Positions 12,095 to 25,560 are shown, numbered from the stretch's first letter. The stretch: 64,000 nt of DNA from Lytechinus pictus (GCF_037042905.1 NC_087251.1:7690001-7754000), one strand, 5' to 3'. The notes: generated from the letters alone by a model not told the origin. Numbers and translations are program-made.

Positions 12095-12864
12095 TTTATG
12101 TAACTGAGAGAGAACCCCAAGATATACAGCAGCCTACATGTACATGTTTTCTCCCTAGTAAGTGCAAACTGAATGCCAACTATATAGATTTATTAATCAG
12201 AAATGAGAAAAGACACCATGTCTGAGGAAAAGATGTTAGAGGCAGACATGAGATAAGCGGTATTTTGCACTGCCACACTTTTGCGTTCGAGTCCTGCCTT
12301 TGTTCTATGAGTCATGTTCACACTGGTCAGCGTGATGTCGCTTTGTTCAAACTGCTAGCAATTTCTTTCTGCGGGCAAGACTGGTGGACAAATCCTTATT
12401 TATTGTATGCATGTATTCCTTTTCAAGGGTGTGACCAGCAAAGTATTGATGTTAATTACACATCAATAATCCTATGAAATCAAAATAAAATTAGATTATA
12501 GAATACTGCAGTGATCAAAATAATTTAAAACATAATTTCAACATGATAATATTACATTGTAACATTTGATAAGGAATACTCAATTCAGACTGATACTGTA
12601 ATTGCACTGATTTCTCTCAGTTTTGGTGGAACGTCATTTGTGGCACTCTAGACAATAGTTATCATTGTTCCCTCAAACAAGAATATATATTTGTCTCTTT
12701 GGTGTCATCTGATAGAGGAGACTTTAACAGTTTATTGATACTTCAAAGTACACCTATATATGAACATACAATAATTTGTTATATCCTCTTGTATAATTTC
12801 AAAGTTTGAATATCCACTGTACACTTTTCTGTAACAAGTGTTAATATTGTTGTCTTTTATGCAG

Positions 12865-13062
12865 ATATGTGAGCTGTATATGGCAGGTTTCAACTTTGCA
12901 GTGCTGGATAAGGCATTTATTGTTCACAAGGGCTTCAAAGAAAAAACGGAATTTCATCAACAGAAAGACGAAGAAAATCGTAAGAACTACTACCTCTTCC
13001 TTGAATTTCACACAGCTCTACAAACTAAATATCCAGAGACCAAGAGAAGGTGTATTAAGTAA
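12865..13062 (+). CDS. B4GAT1: B4GAT1 terminal coding exon (ICELYMAGFNFAVLDKAFIVHKGFK...RRCIK*)
   Basis: ttttatgcag acceptor, in frame with exon 2. CEL..AGF.F.VL..AF.VHKGFK motif; TAA at 13060-13062. Confidence 0.9.
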   Translation: MCELYMAGFNFAVLDKAFIVHKGFKEKTEFHQQKDEENRKNYYLFLEFHTALQTKYPETKRRCIK

Positions 13063-13314
13063 GAGCCTCCTGTTTTTAATCAATATATGATTTACTTTTC
13101 ATATTTGTAATAATTTTAATGCTCAGATTGAGCTACAATATAATTTTAATGAATTGTGGTATATTTTCTTGGGTTAGACACAAACAAGTTGATAGATGTA
13201 ATTTATAGGACACCTGCCCAGGGACGACAACTCCCCTGATTTGGTGTATGCTAGGGTTTTTTTTTAGAAGAACTTGCATTTTTGGTTAAGGTCAGGGTGT
13301 TCTGTTGGGAGACT

Positions 13315-13575
13315 AATACCGATACCAGTAACTCATGATTTTTTGGTCTGCACCAGGCCCGCACTAAAATAGTCTGCACCACAAGCGTTAAGTAATTACC
13401 CATTCAAATACTCGGGCACATAAGAGATGTTGGTGGTCTGGTGCTGCTAATAGCAGCGTCAAAATAGTACCGGTCTGGTGGCGGGCAATTTTAGCATGCG
13501 GCATTCATTAACTCAACATTTTACGACTAAGCCCAGAGCTGGACTGGACCAGCGAGTTACTGAAAGCAGTATTAT
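13315..13575. mobile_element. Probable MITE in the B4GAT1 3' region
   Basis: taatac...cagtaactc is inverted as gagttactg...gtatta. Confidence 0.4.
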
Positions 13576-14327
13576 ACTCTAAGGAGGTCTCCTCCAGGTG
13601 AGAAGTGCACAAGAATGTTCATGGGGAAATGTTATCAAGGGGAGTTGTCCGGTAACAGCGATAGACATACCATTGGCAATAATTAAAGCATAATTTATTC
13701 ATTTTCTGTATTCATTCTTTACTGATTGCATACTACTGTTGATTTCCTTTGCTTGTTCATGCAGACAAAAAAATGATGACAAAGATTACCGGGTACACAA
13801 TTATTTTTCTATATAAGCTTGAAATCTTTTAATTTCTAAATTAGCATACATTTGTCATTGGTGTACATAAATACTGCTCTTATAATGATACATGTACCTT
13901 ATACATAAAAATCATATGTAGGCAGATGTATATTATTATCAGTCTAAATGAACAGGGACATGTTTATAACTTGTAATTTACAAGCAGATATTGATCTGTA
14001 ATTTTCTGAGTTTTCTTGCCATCTGAAACATTTTAGAAATGTTCTGTTTATTTTTACACAATTAAACATTATTTAAATATATGCACAGTACTGAACAGTC
14101 TCTTTGGATCTGAAATATCTAGACATGCTTGTTATTACTGTAACTCGTCCAGTATTTTTTTTAAATTGAATTGCTAAAATCCTTTTTATCTGAGACATAG
14201 TAAACATCTTGATCTGCTTATTTTAATTGATGAAATATTATATTAAGAAATAGTATGATGGGCAGTTGAAACTGATTTCTTTATTTGCTCCATGAAGCTT
14301 CCATTGGAAACCAATACAAATCGATAT

Positions 14328-14721
14328 CAATTTGGTGGATTCACAATACAGTGCGCCATTTATTGGCTGCAGCGGAATTTGCAATGCCTCATGGGAAAAA
14401 GTCGAAAGCTGTTGCGCCCGCTAGTACTAAGTGCATGCATGCATGCGATTATTCATCGCTGGCCAACGCGGCTCAAACAGATATGCTGTTTACTAGGGTC
14501 CAGGAGGTGGGAGAGAAATTTGCCCGCATATTTCTTTGCGAAATTAAGACCGTTTTTGGTGAATTCTGGCCATATGTTTGTCATTTTTGAAGCATCATAG
14601 TCACATTACAGTACGCTAGCACTGTGCGCTGCTTGCGTACAATGCTGACCCTGAAGTTAAACATCTTGTCTGTTCACTGCAACTGATAGATGGCACACCA
14701 TATTATGAATCCATCGAATTG
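14328..14721. mobile_element. MITE with about 50-bp imperfect TIRs
   Basis: aatttggtggattcacaatacagtgcgccat is inverted as atggcacaccatattatgaatccatcgaatt. Confidence 0.65.
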
Positions 14722-16297
14722 GAGAGTGAGGGAGTCTAATGATACCATGATAACTTTTCCTGTGATTTTATTTTTGAAAGACAAAGCAGCTGTAGAGAAA
14801 ATTAGCAAAGCTGACATTGTAGTCCATTACACTCTCCAGTTAATTTCCTCTTCACAACTGTTCATTTAAAAAAAATTGTTTATGAACAGAATGTTAAATA
14901 TATCTGATAAACTCAGCAAGACCTGTTTGAATCAATTATTTTAAAATGTGATACTTAAAAACTTTCTGAAATGTTGTATGTCAGAAGGGGGGGGTGGTGG
15001 ATCAGGCACTTCCTGATCTATCAAGGATTATTGTTTGTCATTCCACATTGAAATTAAGAAAAATTCCTCTTTTTCAAAATTCTGTTGATTAATTCAAGCT
15101 AAGATGAGCTTTGTCAGTTTATGTTTGGCATGTACATGTACATGATACTTGCGGATGATTCTTTTACTTCAATATGTGACCTATATGCACTTATTTCTAA
15201 TATTTCTATTTTCCTATTGCGAATTCCTTTATATATCTTGCTTCATGTACATGTACATTGAATAATTTTAAATAATAACAGTGTCTTACATGGACGCCTT
15301 TAGTAGTCAACGCAAAGGAGATGTAATGATTCTCAGGCAAAAAGAAAAAAAGAGAAAGTGATTGTAACTAATAGCTGAAGAAATATGCTTTTGAGTTGTG
15401 ATTTGAAGTTTGAAGTTGTGGATATTACTTAAATCTAGCTTGCTTACAAATGTTTGGAAGTATCTTTTGGTAGCATCACAGTTATTCTTCAAAATTAAAT
15501 GAAAATTTTATGTAACTGCAGTGACCAAACTTATCAGCAATAAAGACAGTTATTTTGACAATTGTTTTCAAATTTCCTTTTTTTCAAACTAGCAATATAA
15601 AATTGGCCAACTTGCTGTGGATGTAAGCTTATGATAAACTGAATGAATGACTCTTTCCATTTCTGTTTAATGTCATTTTTATTCTGGAATTTGTTTGATC
15701 ATTCTGAAAACTACTGTTTTCTTTTAAATTTATTCTATTTTATATTTTTATTACTAGTACAGCTTCCGGAAAATAATAAAGAATGATTTCCAGTACATGG
15801 AACTAATATTTTTCTTGCAAAATAAAGAGGGTTGAACACAATAGCCTGAATATTTTAAAGGTATATATCTTTAAATAGGTAGGCCTATAATGGTATATCA
15901 ATATCTTACATCTTTACATATCCTTATTCAAGTTTGTTGTTTCGTGTACAGTGTATGTCATTTTTATTATTTCAGTACTGTATTCATTGTCATATATTGT
16001 GATGTAAATGGCACAAACACAAATTTCCCATTGCAACCAATGATGTAGATGTAAGTTATTTTTTGTTAAATGGTAAATGGTAATATCATGCAAACTGGTA
16101 GACAGAGACACTAAAGTTGGGGGCATGAAAAAATATTGTAGTGCAAAAATTCATGCGAATGTATTGTGATATGGAAGAGGTGTAATAAGTATACTATTAT
16201 TTGTGTTTGTGTATTTTTTTAATCAAGCTAACAATATAAAATTAACTGACTTTACTATTTATACATATGTCATTGTAAGAATAAAATGTGTTAATTC

Positions 16298-16463
16298 CAG
16301 TGGTGGATCAAGGATTTTGAAGTTAGAAGGGGCGCTGCTGGGTGCAGATGACAGTTTATTTTTATAGCTTTAACTACAAATACATGTATGTATGTTAAAT
16401 GGGGGATTCTCAGAATATAGAGAGGGTTTGTGTCCCTTGTTCTCCTGCCTAGATCCACCACTG
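16298..16463. mobile_element. Short hAT-like MITE with 5-bp TSD
   Basis: cagtggtggatc ... gatccaccactg; flanks AATTC/CATTC. Confidence 0.65.
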
Positions 16464-17314
16464 CATTCTCTTCCAATGTTGAAAGATATTTTCTATATTT
16501 AAGAAATCTAAGTGGAGAAAAGATTAGTCTGGAAACAAATAAAAGATCGTATAACAATAGGACTTATTGCAATGAACAGCTGTTCTTGCAGATTTTAATG
16601 GCAGCGTAATTGTATTGCCACTTTTAAAGACAAAATTAGGAATTCCTGCTTTTACAATACACTTTCAGCCAAGGGAGGCACCTTTTTATGTGTGAAAGGG
16701 TCCGTTTTAAATGGGTTTTAATTGTTATTCAGTAATATTCTTCATTAATGATTAGTTCGAGGTTTATATCATTATTACTAAATATGACAAGAATTCTCTG
16801 TTTTAATGAAATTGTCTAATACTAATGAAGGTGTATTTTGTATATTTTGTAATTTAAGGTTTTTAATGGTTTTGTTCCATTCAAAGGTCCTATATACTGA
16901 GTATTCAGCATGTATTTAATTTACAGTATTTGGAAGTTGTAGGTCAATTTGTCTTTCAGTTTAGACTGTAGTTAATTAAATTATGACTTTGTAAATGAAC
17001 CTGTATGTATTTTTATTCCTAAAGCTATTAGAATGCTGTTTTCCAGTTTTATTTATTCATCTCAATATGATGTATTATTGGTGCAATGAGAATGATGCGG
17101 TTTTTTTTTACTTGGTGTTAGGAGTCCCCCAAATGGTCTTTTTAGGGTACCGTTCAGTTTATCAATATTATAGGGAGGTGCATTGTGACTGTATGTGTAC
17201 TTCATGAAAAAATACATTTTGCTGTAAATTGCCAATTTTATATTAAAGGAAAAATACATGTGATGTATGTATTGATTTTGTGTTTGTTATTGTGTCATAT
17301 TTGTAAGATTCTCC

Positions 17315-18300
17315 TTTTTGTCTCGCCTGCATAGCAGAGCGAGACTATAGGCGCCGCTTTTCCGACGGCGGCGGCGGCGGCGTCAACATCAAATCTTAAC
17401 CTAAGGTTAAGTTTTTGAAATGACATCATAACTTGGAAAGTATATGGACCTAGTTCATGAAACTTGGACATAAGGTTAATCAAGTATTACTGAACATCCT
17501 GCCTGAGTTTCAGGTCACATGACCAAGGTCAAAGGTCATTTAGGGTCAATGAACTTTGGCCAAGTTGGGGGTATTTGTTGAATTACCTTCATAACTTTGA
17601 AAATTTATGGATCTAGTTCATGAAACTTGGACATTAGGTTAGTCACGTACCACTGAATATCCTGTGCGAGTTTCAGGTCACATGACCGTGGTCAATGGTC
17701 ATTTAAGGTCAATGAACTTTGGCCGTGTGGGGGGTCTTTGTTAAATTACCATCCTAACTCTGAAGGTTTATGGATCTATTTCATAAAACTTGGACATAAG
17801 AGTAATCAAGTATCACTGAACATCCTGTACGAGTTTCAGGTCACATGACCATGGTCAAAGGTCATTTAAGGTAAATGAACTTTGGCCGTGTTGGGGGTAT
17901 TTGTTGAATTACCATCCTAACTCTGAAGTTTACGGATCTATTTCATAAAACTTGGGATATAAGAGTAATCAAGTATCACTTAACATCCCCTGTGAGTTTC
18001 AGGTCACAAAACAAAGGTCAGTTAAGGTCAATAAACTTAGGCCATGTTGGGGTAATTGTTGAATTTCCATCATAACTTTGAAAGTTTATGGATAGAGTGA
18101 ATCAAATGTGGACATGGGTGTAGTTGACAAGTCTTAAGTCACCGTTCAAATGTCATCTATGGCCAATGAACGTTGTATTATGTCATTATATGAATGGTGT
18201 TTTTGTGAATGATTATTTTATAGTAGTTTTCCAAAGTTAGCACTGCTGCTATATTAAATCGCGTAATGCAGGCGAGACTGCCAGAGGCGTTCCACTTGTT
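17315..18300 (+). mobile_element. Helentron/HINE-like element with about 162-bp internal tandem repeats, copy 1
   Basis: 5' subTIR gtctcgcctgcat with a nearby partial IR, (GGC)n, about 4.5 repeats, 3' subTIR atgcaggcgagac (18266-18278), short hairpin, T-rich ends. Confidence 0.8.
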
Positions 18301-18942
18301 CTTTATTAAGACCAAGAAGATTCTATGACTGGAATTCCAACAAGCAACACATTTATTCAAGCAGCTGTTCTTTTCTAAACATGCACTAAAGAAAGTACAG
18401 CAGTATGTTGCCTTTGATGTCTGACGTTTGAAGCTGCCAGTTTCATGAGTAAATATGAAGAGCCATTTTTGGAAGTAAAAATATTGTTGTTCATGATTTT
18501 ATATGTCAGATTAGTGCCCGTACATGCCCAGTCAAGTAAATTTTAGTCATATTTTAGGAAAAATTGCATCATTTCTTTTCATGATTTTATATTTTAGATT
18601 AGTACATGACCAGTCAAGTAAATATGAGTCATAATTCAGGATATATTGCAGTTGCATCTTTTCTTTTCACATGCCCCCAAAAGTAAGTACTATGTATACT
18701 GCTCATGTATCCAGACCAAAATGCAGTGGAAAAAGTAATTATCATCACAAAGGCATATTTCCCTTTACTTATGACGTAGAGGTATGGAGTCATGCGGGAA
18801 TCTTTGTTTACCCATTTGGAAGGCAGATGGAGCAAAGTGCATGCCTGACATACTTTCTTCGTGCGGCTTTGAATGTGGTTCAAAGGGATTTTCTTTGATG
18901 TTACTGACATCTCTACTTAAACCTCCTTGTTAAGACTGATAT

Positions 18943-19202
18943 CACTCTAAAAAATGTTTGGTGAAAATGCTGCATGAGGGTATTTATGTGTCCAATCACC
19001 AACCAACATTGGGCATTTATTTGGGGCATTTTTATTTATCCAGTGTGATGAAAATTTTGCCCATTCTAAAGTAATTGCTGCTTATTTTTTAAATCTTACT
19101 GGACAATATGCTTCCCGCATTGGGTAAAATACTGCCCAAAATTGTTTGGACATATAATTACCCTCGTGCTGGTTAAAATTTTACCAAGTAGTTTTCACAG
19201 TG
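18943..19202. mobile_element. CMC/EnSpm-like MITE (CACT...AGTG ends)
   Basis: cactctaaaaaatgtttggtgaaaat ... attttaccaagtagttttcacagtg. Confidence 0.45.
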
Positions 19203-19604
19203 TATAATTTATGTGTGGAAAGGGAAAATAATGAGGTAGAAGAAAAATCATTGTGAATGAGAGAATAATTGTCTTTTTTGATAAAGTAATTATTGTATTA
19301 ATATTCAATTTGATATAGTAACATAGATTTAGGAGGGGGGGTAAGAAAGTGAAGAATGGAGAGAGATGGGTACGGGGGGTGAGGAACAGATGGTGGTAAT
19401 ACAGAATTTTTACCACACCCCCCCCCCCTTCAATTTTGTATGTAAATGTTTCCGGTTACTGACACTGTTACTGGACCCTTAATTCTTATTGCTTTCATAT
19501 ACTGTTTTCTTCCTTCTTTTTGTGTATAGTCCTCTTACTCTACTATTTACCTATCTTGCTCCTTTTCTTCTTCTTTATCTTCTTTTCCTCCTTCTCCCCA
19601 TCCT

Positions 19605-20627
19605 TCTTCTTCTTCTTCTTCCCAGTTCTTCCTAGGCTTTCTTAGGTTTTTTTTTTTTTTTTTTTTTTTTTTGTTAATTCAAAACATCATTGCATATTGG
19701 TTGATATTGCAATTTCGCTTTTAGAAATTGTGCCCTCACGCTCTTCAAACCTCGTTTTATCTGGTCATGCAAAAGTCAAGTCCTCCATCTGATGTCTGGA
19801 TGAGCGGTCGCACGCTGATAAGCTATTCAGAAATGAGGTCACCGATGCGGAGCGGCCGCCATCGTTGTACCGTCAAACATGTGCGGTTCTCAGAGAGAGG
19901 GATGGGGGTGGGGGCTTCTGGGAACTTGAACCATTAGTTTACGGACTATAGACGAGCGATAGAACTGGAGGAGGCCGGGGGGGGGGCAACTGCCACAAAA
20001 GTAGCATTTTTTGCTTCCAAAACTCCCTTGATAAACAAGCAGAGAACTGTAGGATGATAAATAGAACTTTTCTTTAATTTGTACATTTCTGTTTTTATTG
20101 GTAAATAAAATCAATCTCAAAATCAGTCACAATATTGACAAGTCAAATGAACCATAATTGGAAACAATCATAAAAAACAATTTTAACAACAATAAAATAA
20201 TTGATAATAAAAAAGCATGTATTGTTCAGGAACGAAGCTCACTGAGACATACAGTATAAATTTTAAATCAAGGATAAGTGAAAAAAACCATGTAATGTGA
20301 GGATCGCTCCTGCCATTACCAGAAAAGACATTGGCAGTAATAAAACAACACATTGTTTAAAAACAAACAACAACCAGAAAAAAATATATAACAGTACGTA
20401 GTATATACTCTTTTTCTTCTTCTTCTTCTTCTCCTCCTCCTCCTTATCCTTCTTCTCCCTCTTCTTCTTCTTCCCAGTTCTTCTTCCTAGCTTTCTTAGG
20501 TTTTTTTTTTTTATTCGAAACAGCATTGCATATTGGTTGATATTGCAATTTCCCTTATAGAAATTGCGCCCTCCCGCTCGTCACACCTCATTTTATCTGG
20601 CCGCGCTGCAAAAGTCGAAGTCCTCCC
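19605..20627 (+). repeat. Local direct duplication of about 170-185 bp (19605-19787 and 20460-20627)
   Basis: Both copies read (CTT)n-cccagttc...tttcttaggT(n)...cattgcatattggttgatattgcaatttc...gtcctcc. Confidence 0.85.
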
Positions 20628-20658
20628 TCCTCCTTCTTCTTTTTCTTCTTCTTCTCAT

Positions 20659-23290
20659 GCAGTTTATCGACGATAAACTCAGTTTTTCACTGATAAACTA
20701 AGTTTTTCGATCGAAAAACTAAGTTTATCGAGAAAACCCTACTTTATCGCGTGATAAACTGAGTTTTCACTTGAAAAACAGAGTTATTTTATAAAATATT
20801 TATCAAGCGAAAAAATAAGTTCTTCAAATTCAATAAACTAAGTTTTTCGATTTGAAAAACTCAGTTCATCGAATTTGAAAAACTTAAATTTTTCGATTTC
20901 GAAAAACTCATTTTTTTTCCATTTTGATAATCACGAACAGTTATTCACCATTAATATATCGGTTGTGCAGCCACATACCTATGGCGGGGGAGTATGGGTA
21001 AGGGTTTTAAAATAGGGTGATCATTGTCTTTAGGTCGAAGGGCACTGAAAGCAGGGGGAGCAGAGGGGGCACTTGCTTCCCACAATAAAATTTTGGGGTT
21101 TGGCAAAACGATTTTATTGGGGGGAGGGTAAAGATAAAGGGATTTAAAAAGGGGGATCAATGGCATTGGGTCCAAGGGGACTGGAAGTGGGGTAAGAGGG
21201 GGCACTTAATTGCCCCCCCCCCCAAAAAAAAAAAATGGGGGTGTGACACAGGATTTTGTCTTGGGGTATATGCATACAGATGTTAGAAGAAACTTGAAAG
21301 CGAGTAAGCAAAGTAGCCAGCTTGTCACGCTTATACATAATTTTTTCCAGAGTGAAATTAACGGATTTCGTGCACAATTTGGGATAATTTTATGAAAATA
21401 TTCAGTGAAAAAAAATGTAAGTTTTCAAAATGTTTGGGGGTAACTGTCCCTCTCCTGCTGCGTGCGGCCATGCCCCGCATGTGCCCCTTAAAATCAGAAA
21501 ATAATTAATCATAAAAAAACAAATGAAGGCACAATTTCATAACTAAAAAATTGAGAAATTTTCGCCCCCAAGGAGCACTATCACTTATCATTATATTCAA
21601 TGTAAATGCAAATCCTATGGGAATTACTTGGGGCAATCACGTGCCCCCCGGTAAATTGCCAATTCGTCCACTGCCAACTCGTCCACTCACCACATGGTCT
21701 ATATATACCTTCATTTAGTCTAACGCCGTTCCGTCCATCAACGTTTCGTCTACCAACCATTTGGTCCAATAACCATTTGGTCCGATCGTCACTTCGTCTA
21801 ATTGCCAGTTCGTCTATCGTCTCATTAATTTTACCCAATTAACACTTAATCTAATTAGACCAACTGGTAAATGGACTAAATGGCTATTGGACCAACTGGT
21901 TATTAGACGAAATGGCAGTTATACTAAATGGATATCGGACGAACTGATGGTAGACCAAATGATAGCAGACGAGTTGGCAATTGGACGAATTGGCATTGGA
22001 CCTAATGAAAATACCACCCCACCCGCCACCATCCGGTAATTCTGCTGCTCCTAAAACGAAAGGGCTCAAAATAATTGCAATTGTCTTACTTAACAGACTG
22101 AAAGTTTTGAACTAACGAGAAAAGAAAAAAAGACAATGAGTTTATCAGAAGTAAATAATGGCATTTATGTATAATTGGGGCACATGGGCACGCTGGAGAA
22201 GAATTTTATTATGACATGTGTGACAAAGGGAGCTAAAGAGGCGATAAATTTCTCAGTTATGAAACTGCATGACACTTTATAGACAAAAGTTCCTTCATTG
22301 TTGATTCTTTTCATTTTTAACTTCAAGGGGACACATTAGGTTATTGCTGTACTCAGCCAAGGGGGCAGATCTCCCCAGACATTAAGAAAAACCTTACAAA
22401 AAATTCACCAAAAGTGCCACGAACTCCTTCAATTTCAACTTAGAAAATGCAAAAGTGCCCCATGACAAGCTCGATTACTTAATTCGCTCCCTCCTTTTCA
22501 AAATTCTTCTAAAATCTTTATGCCTCTTGCCCCCTCCAGGCCCCAGGACAAAGAAAATCGCACAAAGCATCTAGGGAAGGGGGCAAAAACTAATTGCGCA
22601 ACCCCAAAATTTATTGCTGGGATGGAGCAAGCTCCCCCCCCCCCCCCTCTGCCCCTCGCTTCCAGCGCCCTTGACCTCAATGACAAGGATCCACCTTTTT
22701 TAGAACCCACTTACACCCATCCCCCAAAACATGTTTACCAACCCAAACTTTATTTGCAGGGGTGCAAGATTCCCCTCTTCCACCCCTCTCACCCCCGGCT
22801 TCCAGCCCCCTCGGACTCCATGACAACGATCCCTTTTTTAATCATACCCACTATACCCCTGCAGATCACTGACTGCACAACGGCCCGCACAACGGCCATA
22901 ATGAATAACTCTGATTATCGAAATTGAAAAACTCAGATTATCGAAAAAAAATCAATTTATCAAATTTAATAAACTAATTAAGTTTTTCGAATTTGATTTT
23001 TCGCCAATAAACTTAGCTTTTCGCTAATAAACTCAGTTTATCACTTGAAAAACTCAGTTGATCAAGAACTCTGTTTTATTTCAGTCGAAGCATAGCCTCG
23101 CGAAACTCTGTTTTATCAAATGAAAAACTAAGTTTATCGGAAAAAACTTGTTTAATAAACGAAAAACTAAGTTTATTCAATGAAAAATTATGTTTCTCAT
23201 TTGAAAACCCCCAAACTGAGCTTTTCTTGATAAACTGAGTTTATCGGCGAAAAAATGAGTTTATCGGTGAGAAACTGAGTTTTTCACCTT
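20659..23290. mobile_element. Foldback-like element with long modular inverted arms
   Basis: Outer arrays of about 21-bp AAACT[ACG]AGTTT units at both ends; 20990-21110 aligns with the reverse complement of 22590-22720. Confidence 0.65.
21651..22000. mobile_element. Nested MITE built from about 20-bp subrepeats
   Basis: tgccaattcgtccactgccaactcgtc is inverted as gacgagttggcaattggacgaattggca. Confidence 0.7.
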
Positions 23291-23334
23291 TATGGGTTAA
23301 TGGCGCGCCATATCCTCCTCTTCCTCCCGTAAGG

Positions 23335-23638
23335 CAAGGGCGGAAATCTCTCCCCAAATGTAGGGGGACCAGGGACTGGAAATTTGACAAGAAAAAAAAA
23401 ATGGTTATCGCCCCAAATGTAAGGTAATTTCGACCCAAAGAAATTTGACAAGCAAAAAAAAAAAAAGTTATCACCCCAAAAGTAAGGTCATCTCGTCCAA
23501 AATACATGTTTTATTTCGATTTTTAATGATGTATTTCTTTCCATCATAAAAGACCAAAATAGTAGGGGGACATTTGATATTGTGCCCCCCTACTATTTTG
23601 GGTAGGGGGACGCGTCCCCCCTGGGATTTTCGCCCATG
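23335..23638. mobile_element. hAT-like MITE with 8-bp TSD
   Basis: caagggcggaaatc ... gattttcgcccatg; perfect TSD CCGTAAGG. Confidence 0.8.
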
Positions 23639-23746
23639 CCGTAAGGACTTGGAAGGGTTGGAATCCAGTTTGATTCGCACGCTGCTATGTCTGACAAGAA
23701 CATTTGATCAAAGAGTAATATGCATGAAATCTGAAGGTGTGTTTAA

Positions 23747-24345
23747 AGGGATGGTCCGGGCTGAAAATATTTATATCTGAATAAATAGAGTAAAATTCAC
23801 AGAGCAAAATGCTGAAAATTTCATTGAAATCGGATAACAAATAACAAAGTTATTGAATTTTGAAGTTTATCAATATGTTATGAAAACAGTTATATGCACA
23901 TCGTCATGAATATTCATTAGATGGGCTGATGATGTCACATCCCCACTTTCCTTATATGTTATTACATGAAATCATAAATGTTTCATTATTTCATACATGT
24001 GTACATGATGTGTCTCCATTATGATGAAATAAGTTGCGGCAATAAATAACTAATGCACTTAATCAGTTATCAATCAATTGGTTCTTGGTAGAAAAGTTTT
24101 TCATAAACCTAATTTCATATAATAAAATACAAAAGAACAAGTGGGGATATGACATCATCAGCCCACCTAATGAATATTCATAAAGACATGCCTAGATCTG
24201 TTTCACATGAATTATGCAAATATTTAAAATTCATTAACTTCGTTATTTGTTATCCGATTTTGATCAAATTTTCAGCATTTTGTTTTGTAAATTGTACTCT
24301 TTTTATGGGATTGAGATATAAATATCTCCAGCCTGGACCATCCGT
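23747..24345. mobile_element. Kolobok-like TTAA element, family A copy 1
   Basis: TTAA|agggatggtccgggctg ... cagcctggaccatccgt|TTAA; long imperfect TIRs; homologous to 43623-44198. Confidence 0.85.
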
Positions 24346-24889
24346 TTAACCATGGAGCTTGGTTTAACAGGGCTATCGATGATATATATAAGAAGGGGAA
24401 CTGATGGGCGTGGCCATGCAAGTGCGTGTCCCATAATGGACCTGCGATGTCCATGGATGGTGTTTTCGATCAGTGGTTTTCATAGAAAGCGCGAAACATA
24501 ATAATAACATACATGTAATTCATCAGTGGAGAGGAATGTACCACGCGCCGAACGTTATCAATTCCGGTTTTGCGGTTTTGGGGGAAGACCCCCCCCCCCC
24601 CCCATTCCTATATATATATATATATACTAGTATATCATGCCTTCCAAAAAACTTCGAGCATTACTTCTTACAACTGTACATATTCTTCCGCTGGTATGTA
24701 ATCCCCTTTTTATCTTTTTTAACTTAAATAAATGCAAAAATTGATTTAATGAAAATGAAAATATCACATCAAAATTTAAATTCCAAAATTATGTCTTTGA
24801 AAACCCAGTTCTTCTAACAATAATCTAAATTATTTAATGCTAGCAGAGGGAGTATATTGGAATGAGAGGACAGCAGGTTCTGTTAAATG

Positions 24890-25560
24890 ATTGAGGTCAG
24901 AGGTCATGATGCGGCCATGTTTACTACAAATTTGACGTGTGTACTATGATGGAGGAGAGCAGCAAATTATCGGCAATTGAATGCATTTCAACTTGAGGGC
25001 TACCTATGTGAGTATTCCATTATTTCCTATCGTCAAATATGTGCTTGTAATTATGTTTGTTATTATTATTCAATTCCACTGATGAATTGGATTACAGTTA
25101 CGTAGCGGCTGTACGCTTTTCAAAATCGTTTCTGACTTCGCCTTCGCCTCGGCCGGGTTCGAGTTGGGCCCAGTTGCAGTGGCAGTGCCTTGGTTTGCGC
25201 TGGTAAAGGCTAGCATCGCGTCGCCGGTCGCCTCAGACCAGAGACAGAGTGACAGAGATCGAGAGTCTTCGTCGTCTTGGCTGCCGGGCCGGTGCGGTGA
25301 GCTGTGCCTTATTTTGTTAGGCCAAGCGAGAGCGTGCCGTGAGCCGAGACTTTGAATGGACTGAGTCTGAGCTTAGAGTGATACCTCGGTCACACTCACA
25401 GTTGCTCTACGGACTATGCCTACGGCGAGTCGAAAACAGCCGTTTAAATTTTTTTTGTACCAACTACATAGGCCTAGCCCTAGGTGGTTTGATTAAAAAT
25501 GAATTAAAACGGCTGTTTTCGACTCGCCGTACGGCCGTCGTAGACGTAGTCTTAGAGCAA
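24890..25560 (+). promoter_or_regulatory. CpG-rich island with a candidate first exon (donor GTGAGT at 25008)
   Basis: GCGGCCAT and TGACGT motifs, consensus-like donor, CpG-dense 25100-25560. Target gene unknown. Confidence 0.35.
25402..25560. mobile_element. Hairpin MITE inside the CpG island
   Basis: tacggcgagtcgaaaacagccgttt is perfectly inverted as aaacggctgttttcgactcgccgta. Confidence 0.7.
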
